DNA of 40,571 bases from a virus (lineage: Duplodnaviria; Caudoviricetes), in IMG/VR virus record IMGVR_UViG_3300002301_000034, positions 1 through 40,571 of that record. One strand, given 5' to 3'. Below the pieces are notes generated by a model. That model saw only the letters and a program-made list of their open reading frames with translations. It ran no database searches and was not told where the DNA came from. Position 1 is the first letter of the stretch; each line of letters starts with the position of its first letter. Of the stretch, positions 35,173-40,571 are shown piece by piece. The translations under genes were made by a program, and so were the position numbers.

Positions 35173-35523
35173 ATGAATGATGCAACGCCTTTTACATTCT
35201 GCGAGTGGTTACACCAATACGCAAAAGGCGCTTACCTCATTGATCTCATTACTGGCGAATTCGGTGTTTCAAAGGAAATTTTAACCAGTAAACAAATGCG
35301 CAGAAGCAATATAGAAGTAGTGCAAGCAAAGCAGATTGCATGTTACCTACTTACAAAATACACCGCCCTACCCCGCCGCCAGATAATGATACTGCTGGGA
35401 TATAATGACAAGACAATCGTTACCAAGAGTGTAAAGACCCTAGACAAGATAATGAGCGGCAACCGGGCACTGAAAGCACAAATTGAAAACGCAGAGCAAA
35501 ATATATCGCAATGCTGGAAATGA
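35173..35523 (+). CDS. Stand-alone DnaA domain IV-like HTH protein
   Basis: FGVSKEILTSKQMRRSNIEVVQAKQIACYLLTKYTALPRRQIMILLGYNDKTIVTKSVKTL parallels the DnaA C-terminal pattern. Confidence 0.75.
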   Translation: MNDATPFTFCEWLHQYAKGAYLIDLITGEFGVSKEILTSKQMRRSNIEVVQAKQIACYLLTKYTALPRRQIMILLGYNDKTIVTKSVKTLDKIMSGNRALKAQIENAEQNISQCWK

Positions 35524-35726
35524 TATTACAGATGGAGGCTCACGCTAGTAGCATGGCCGTCCAAGCGAAAGAGATACTTAAAAATGCTGCAATGCTGCGC
35601 AAAGAGTTACTGGCCGGTGGGCGGTCAGTAACTCCCCTAAGGGGCAAGAAGATAGATCCAGAGATCGCAGCAATGGCTTCGAGCACGTACCAGAAAAAAA
35701 GATTAAGGAAAGAGCTTACTAAATAA
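35511..35726 (+). CDS. Hypothetical protein
   Basis: Overlapping operon context. Confidence 0.55.
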   Translation: MLEMILQMEAHASSMAVQAKEILKNAAMLRKELLAGGRSVTPLRGKKIDPEIAAMASSTYQKKRLRKELTK

Positions 35727-35782
35727 AAAAGCAGTTGGTGGAACAGCTGCCTGATTTCTTAACACTTAAATGCTCAAATGTT

Positions 35783-36136
35783 ATGCACAAAGGTAATAAT
35801 GATTACCCAACTTCAAAAATCGTGGTTGATTTTTACAACCCACAGCAGGATGGCCGCTTTGTTTGCTCCTGCTACACACCCGGAGCGTCTATACAGATAG
35901 AGCCAGACTACCTCGTTAAGACCGTAACATTTGCCGAGCTGAAGGATCTGCTCGCTGATGATTCAGGAAGAGTGTTCGTCAGCACTACACACGAAGAAGG
36001 GCACTTCCTCTCTTTCGCCCAGTACCTGGATACGCTCGATGCCGACAGTATAATGGAATACTGTCAGCTCATCATCAACAAGCGCGAAAACCGTAATCAT
36101 CTTTTCTTTCAATCCGGATCACTTAAAACTGCGTAG
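35783..36136 (+). CDS. Hypothetical protein
   Basis: ATG 35783 in frame with track ORF 35735..36136. Confidence 0.65.
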   Translation: MHKGNNDYPTSKIVVDFYNPQQDGRFVCSCYTPGASIQIEPDYLVKTVTFAELKDLLADDSGRVFVSTTHEEGHFLSFAQYLDTLDADSIMEYCQLIINKRENRNHLFFQSGSLKTA

Positions 36137-36138
36137 CC

Positions 36139-36249
36139 ATGGTACACTTAATCTGTAGCCATCCTGTCCAGTCGGGAAGCGCCGTGGTCCTGGCCATATT
36201 GTTCATCATTTACCTGATCTGCAATGAAAAAGACAAGAAGACAGTATAA
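36139..36249 (+). CDS. 36-aa membrane peptide (not in ORF track)
   Basis: MVHLICSHPVQSGSAVVLAILFIIYLICNEKDKKTV; starts 2 nt after the upstream stop. Confidence 0.5.
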   Translation: MVHLICSHPVQSGSAVVLAILFIIYLICNEKDKKTV

Positions 36250-36296
36250 GCACGAACTCCTCATAACATTTCTTCAAAATATCAAAGACGTTCAAA

Positions 36297-36647
36297 ATGG
36301 AATACATACAATACCTGAAAAACAAGATTGCCGAGTTCCGCGCGACACATGCCCAGCTCGAGGAAGAAAAGACGAAACATACGGACAGCGATCTGCTGAT
36401 GGGATACAGCTCACAGGCGGCGTCTATATGGGATCTGAAATGTGAAATGGAAAAAGCACTTCATCAGTTTGAAGCCTCCAACTCCCAGAACATGGTGCAC
36501 CTTCTTGTTGACGCAACAAATGAACTGCTTTTTATAGTTCGCAATAACGAAAACCTTAACCATACCGGCCAGTTCTCCAGGATCATGAATGAATCCCGGG
36601 AAGCTGTTGAGGGTGCTTATAAAAACGGGTTTCTTAATCATGGATAA
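36297..36647 (+). CDS. Hypothetical protein
   Basis: Helical ORF with A-rich leader. Confidence 0.65.
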   Translation: MEYIQYLKNKIAEFRATHAQLEEEKTKHTDSDLLMGYSSQAASIWDLKCEMEKALHQFEASNSQNMVHLLVDATNELLFIVRNNENLNHTGQFSRIMNESREAVEGAYKNGFLNHG

Positions 36648-36789
36648 GATCGAAGAGTACCGTAAGTACCAGGCGGCGGGAGGCAGCTGCAGGTATCAAT
36701 ACTGGCTTGAGAACATAGCCATAGAAATAGAAACCGACTGCCTTTATACAGCGATTGTCGAAGAAAGTAAAAAGCACAATAATTCTTAA
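36640..36789 (+). CDS. Small hypothetical protein
   Basis: ATG 36640 overlaps the upstream gene end. Confidence 0.5.
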   Translation: MDKIEEYRKYQAAGGSCRYQYWLENIAIEIETDCLYTAIVEESKKHNNS

Positions 36790-36806
36790 CCACTAAATTT
36801 TAGAAA

Positions 36807-37787
36807 ATGTCGATACTCAATATCAGGCCAGCAAAACGCGGGGAAAGCAAAGCTATTATAGGCATTGCTGGCGTGTCTGGTTCAGGGAAAACATTTACAG
36901 CGTTACAAATTGCACGCGGGATGGTTTCTAAGCCATCGGAAATAGGCGTACTGGATGCCGAAAATAAGCGCGGATCACTTTATGCAGATATACTGGACGG
37001 CCCTTTTTTAATAGCCGATCTCTTACCTCCATTCTCTCCCAATCGCTATTCAGAGGCAATAAAGGAATTCCAGAATGCAGGTGTAAAGGTTCTGGTTATT
37101 GACTCTGTTTCCCATGAGTGGGAGGGCGAAGGGGGCTGTGATGACATAGCCAATGCGCCAAAAGCGGATGGCTCACCGCGTAAGGTCGCGAACTGGGCCC
37201 AGGCAAAGCGAGAGCATAAGCGATTTATGAATACGCTCCTTCAATGCAACATGGATATTATCTGTTGCCTCCGTGCCCGCGATAAAGTGAAGATCGAAAA
37301 AGTAAACGGAAAAGATGAATTCATACCGCAGGGCCTGCAGCCGATACAGGAAAAGAACTTCATGTTTGAGCTTACCGCATCGCTCTTGATGGAAGACTCC
37401 GGAAAGCGACAGACTTTCTTAAAAATGCCTTCATTCCTTATCCCCGCATTTGGTGATGGTAAGGCGTATATAGGCATAAAAACTGGCCAACTTATTCGCG
37501 AGTGGCTCAACGAGGGTGAAAGAGAAGATCCCAAAATAACACTGCTAAAATCTGAAATGCAGATGTCTTGCGAAAGCGGTATGGAGGCTTTAATTAATGT
37601 GTGGAACAGAGTTCCGAAACATTTAAAGAAAGTTCTGGAGTCGCATAAAGATATGTGCAAAGAGGCAGCTCTGGAGTATGAACTACAGCGGCAAGAGGCC
37701 GATAAAACGGACGAAGAAAGGGTTGGTGAAGAAAAGGAGAAAGTAAAACAAGCTAATGAAGGTCAACAAAAATTAAACCTCGCATAA
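36807..37787 (+). CDS. Sak4-like AAA ATPase (recombination/annealing)
   Basis: GVSGSGKT, LDAENKRGSLY, PPFSPNRY, VLVIDSVSHEWEGEGG, IICCLRA, FMFELT. Confidence 0.85.
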   Translation: MSILNIRPAKRGESKAIIGIAGVSGSGKTFTALQIARGMVSKPSEIGVLDAENKRGSLYADILDGPFLIADLLPPFSPNRYSEAIKEFQNAGVKVLVIDSVSHEWEGEGGCDDIANAPKADGSPRKVANWAQAKREHKRFMNTLLQCNMDIICCLRARDKVKIEKVNGKDEFIPQGLQPIQEKNFMFELTASLLMEDSGKRQTFLKMPSFLIPAFGDGKAYIGIKTGQLIREWLNEGEREDPKITLLKSEMQMSCESGMEALINVWNRVPKHLKKVLESHKDMCKEAALEYELQRQEADKTDEERVGEEKEKVKQANEGQQKLNLA

Positions 37788-37788
37788 C

Positions 37789-39810
37789 ATGAGCCATCAA
37801 TACAGAGATTTACCACCGGAGCAAATGGAGGAGCTATTAAGCAGGTTCCTTGTCAATAGCTGGAGTTACTCACGGGTAACGACGTTCGCCAGGAATGAAA
37901 AGGCGTTTGAAATGTCTTACATATTCGGCATGAAAGGCAAGTCCTCCGCCACCACAGTTGCCGGGCAGGCATACCACGAGGCGTTACAGATGTATTTCAA
38001 ATGGATGAAAGAAGGCAAGACACTGGAAATAGTGGATATGGAAACTATTGCGTTCAACTACATTGATGAATTTAAAAGCAACTGGTGGAAGTTACAAAAG
38101 ACTACGCCAACCGTTGAGGAATGCCGGACAAAAGCCACAACCGTTGCAAATTCTCTGATCAAAAACTTTATCGGGGAAATAGGTACTTACACAGATGATA
38201 TTGCTGAAGTTATAGATGTAGAGTTACGTCTTGAGGAGTTTATAACGCTCAACGGCGTAGATATACCGCTGCCGTGCCACGCACTGGCCGATCTCATCGT
38301 AAAGACCAAATCCGGTAAAATTGCCATCATTGACCACAAGAGCAAAGCCACATATACTGACGATGATGCAATAGGGTTATCAATAGGCATTCAGGCAATC
38401 ACTTACATTAAATGTTTTGAGTCAAAAACCGGTTGCGAGGTTGATGAGGTTTGGTTTATAGAAAACAAGATCAGCCAAAATAAAGACAAGACAGCTCAGC
38501 TTCGGAAGTTCAAGGTGGAAATAGACGGTGATACCCGCAAGTTGTATGAGGCGCTTCTGTACGAGCCTTTGCGCAAAATGATCTCCGCAGTCAATGACCC
38601 GGACTATGTGTATATAATAAATGACAATGACAACTTCATCGATCGGGCCGAAATGTATGATTTCTGGTGCCGGACACAGATAAGCGAAGTTGATGACTTC
38701 AACATCGATGAAAGCAAACGTGAACTGGTAGGGAAACGGCTAAAGAAAATACGGGATGCCTCCAGCAAAATGATAACTCCTGCAGTAATAAAGCACTTCA
38801 AAGAAAACGCAGCATCCTTTATCTCTTACGATCTAAGCCATACTAACATGACACAGGCAGAAAAAATAGAACACATATTGCGCAGCTTCGGCATAATGGT
38901 GAAAGTAGCTCACAAATTAGAAGGTTATTCCAGCGACACCTTTTTGCTCGAAATATCAGCTGGAGTGAAAATAGCGTCCATGTACTCCCATCGGCTTGAT
39001 ATCGCCAATGCTCTTGATGTTTCGAGCGTAAGGTTTTCTGAAAACCTTGTAGTGTACCAGGGCAAATCTTATGTGTCCGTAGACTTTGCAAAAAAGCGCG
39101 AATCGGACTTATTATTTGATGCAAGCGCATTGCAGGGAAAAAGGCTGCCGCTCGGTAAGGATAACTTCGGCAATACCATTGTTTGGGATTTAGCTAACCA
39201 TTCAACACCTCATGTGCTTGTGTGTGGTGCAACCGGCAGCGGCAAAAGCGTACTTGTAGTAAATACCATAGAATACGCTCTACTGGCAGGTGTGGATGAA
39301 GTGGTAATACTTGATCCGAAATATGAGTTTACGGATTATAGCCGCCGCTTAGGAGTTTCCGTATCCAACGACATTGATGACATCGAGTTAAAGATGCTCA
39401 TGTTGGTTGAGCAAATGAATGCCCTGGTAAGGTCCGGTAAAAAGACAAATACACTTGTTGTGTTTGATGAATTTGCCGATGCCGTGGCGCAATCTGCCAA
39501 AGGAAAGGAATTGAGCGGATATAAATCGCTCGAAGACAATTTGCGCATCCTATTACAAAAAGGCCGCTCATCAGGTTTCAGGATAATGGCGGCTACTCAG
39601 CGGGCATCTGTCAAAGTCATTACAGGTGATGCGAAGGTGAATTTCCCCGTGCAGATATGCTTCAGAGTTCCCAAAGAATCTGACAGCCGGGTAGTGCTTG
39701 ATGAAACCGGAGCAGAGTCATTGGCCGGTAGAGGTGATGGGCTTATAAAATCACCCGAATACTCCGAAACTGTTCGATTCCAGGCATTCTTTAAACCGGC
39801 CGCCGCATGA
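37789..39810 (+). CDS. PD-(D/E)XK nuclease fused to FtsK/SpoIIIE motor
   Basis: N: SWSYS, GQAYHEAL, ADLIV...IIDHKS, QAITY. C: PHVLVCGATGSGKS, VFDEFAD, KGRSSG, ATQRAS, GAESLAGRGDGL. Confidence 0.88.
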   Translation: MSHQYRDLPPEQMEELLSRFLVNSWSYSRVTTFARNEKAFEMSYIFGMKGKSSATTVAGQAYHEALQMYFKWMKEGKTLEIVDMETIAFNYIDEFKSNWWKLQKTTPTVEECRTKATTVANSLIKNFIGEIGTYTDDIAEVIDVELRLEEFITLNGVDIPLPCHALADLIVKTKSGKIAIIDHKSKATYTDDDAIGLSIGIQAITYIKCFESKTGCEVDEVWFIENKISQNKDKTAQLRKFKVEIDGDTRKLYEALLYEPLRKMISAVNDPDYVYIINDNDNFIDRAEMYDFWCRTQISEVDDFNIDESKRELVGKRLKKIRDASSKMITPAVIKHFKENAASFISYDLSHTNMTQAEKIEHILRSFGIMVKVAHKLEGYSSDTFLLEISAGVKIASMYSHRLDIANALDVSSVRFSENLVVYQGKSYVSVDFAKKRESDLLFDASALQGKRLPLGKDNFGNTIVWDLANHSTPHVLVCGATGSGKSVLVVNTIEYALLAGVDEVVILDPKYEFTDYSRRLGVSVSNDIDDIELKMLMLVEQMNALVRSGKKTNTLVVFDEFADAVAQSAKGKELSGYKSLEDNLRILLQKGRSSGFRIMAATQRASVKVITGDAKVNFPVQICFRVPKESDSRVVLDETGAESLAGRGDGLIKSPEYSETVRFQAFFKPAAA

Positions 39811-40010
39811 CCGTAAATGAATACATACTTCTTTCCGACCAGATCAGTTGCTTCCGAAATAAAAAGGATAAGCAAGTTGTCTACGGTCGGAAAGGAGAAA
39901 AGGTAAAAGAGATATCCGACTGCCATAATGTGATGATTGTAGAAGGTAAGAACGGCGATCGATTCCCAGTTGAAAAAATTTTTCTTCAAAGTATAAAATC
40001 TAACAAATGA
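39807..40010 (+). CDS. Small hypothetical protein
   Basis: ATGA overlaps on both sides. Confidence 0.65.
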   Translation: MTVNEYILLSDQISCFRNKKDKQVVYGRKGEKVKEISDCHNVMIVEGKNGDRFPVEKIFLQSIKSNK

Positions 40011-40294
40011 AACGCCTTTTAGTAAAATCAGAAGTCGACCAACAGGTCGCAGAAATGTGGGAAAACGTGGGCCAGATGTCTGACGAAGACAATGGCAAGC
40101 ACGAAGCCGTAGAGGAAGCGCTGCAGAAGCAGGCAAAACTCTACAAGGATCTGGATATCCAGGATAAAGCACTTACCGTTCTTTGGGATGCCGCACACCG
40201 GCTCAATCCTGAAAGCCCGATGATCGCAGCGCTATCGATATCAGCTAATGCAGAACGTCTGGCGCCGATCCTGAAATCCTACCAAACAACTTAA
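40007..40294 (+). CDS. Hypothetical protein
   Basis: ATGA overlap, operon context. Confidence 0.65.
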   Translation: MKRLLVKSEVDQQVAEMWENVGQMSDEDNGKHEAVEEALQKQAKLYKDLDIQDKALTVLWDAAHRLNPESPMIAALSISANAERLAPILKSYQTT

Positions 40295-40402
40295 ATCTAC
40301 AGCCAATGAAAGTAAATGTCACAGTAGATACCATCAACGGCCAGACGATTGTAATAATCGAAGAAGTAAAACAATAATTATTCATCTCATCAAAAATTTC
40401 CA

Positions 40403-40571
40403 ATGGATCTTTCAAACAAAACAAACAGTTATTTAATCAACATTATCGAGGATGTATTCTCCTCTGATAACATGAAGGACGCAGCCTGGGAGCAGCTCAT
40501 GAAGCAGAACCCGACCAACAGTGAGCTCCAGTACATCATTCGGTACACCTCCATGAAGGACGCAGCCTGGG
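40403..40571 (+). CDS. Tandem-repeat protein, 3' truncated (27-aa unit)
   Basis: MDLSNKTNSYLINIIEDVFSSDN-MKDAAWEQLMKQNPTNSELQYIIRYTS-MKDAAW...; CATGAAGGACGCAGCCTGGG at 40471 and 40552. Confidence 0.7.
   Translation, partial: MDLSNKTNSYLINIIEDVFSSDNMKDAAWEQLMKQNPTNSELQYIIRYTSMKDAAW

Noticed and set aside
40471-40571. CRISPR repeat-spacer or DGR repeat
   Set aside because: In-frame 81-bp coding period with a 61-nt spacer, only two copies visible, and no cas cluster or reverse transcriptase in the window.

Overview
Near-complete temperate tailed phage (siphovirus-like, HK97-type head) in the excised, attP-intact arrangement. The host is probably Bacteroidota, inferred from TAnnTTTG -7 promoters, A-rich leaders without Shine-Dalgarno sites, and signal peptides followed by Gln. 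Gene order: ParB (5' truncated), J-domain protein, replication initiator with iterons, DnaB, RusA, small MTase; late region with terminases, portal, protease, capsid, neck, tail, tape measure, tail tip, fibre and lysis genes (CHAP endolysin); tyrosine integrase with attP matching the 3' half of tRNA-Lys(CTT); cI-linked membrane morons; cI/cro switch; early genes including a DnaA-domain-IV-like protein, a Sak4-like ATPase and a PD-(D/E)XK nuclease-FtsK fusion; the window ends inside a tandem-repeat gene. Most notable: (1) a fibre-like protein and two other morphogenesis-region proteins carry Sec signal peptides followed by Gln, and the capsid and pre-tape-measure ORFs have hydrophobic N-termini; (2) a phage-specific box GGGGTGAATATAAC lies at a fixed distance upstream of host-type -7 elements; (3) one such promoter points into an ORF-free, hairpin-rich ~200 nt stretch, a candidate ncRNA; (4) the nuclease-FtsK fusion next to Sak4. 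All calls were made by eye, with no database searches.
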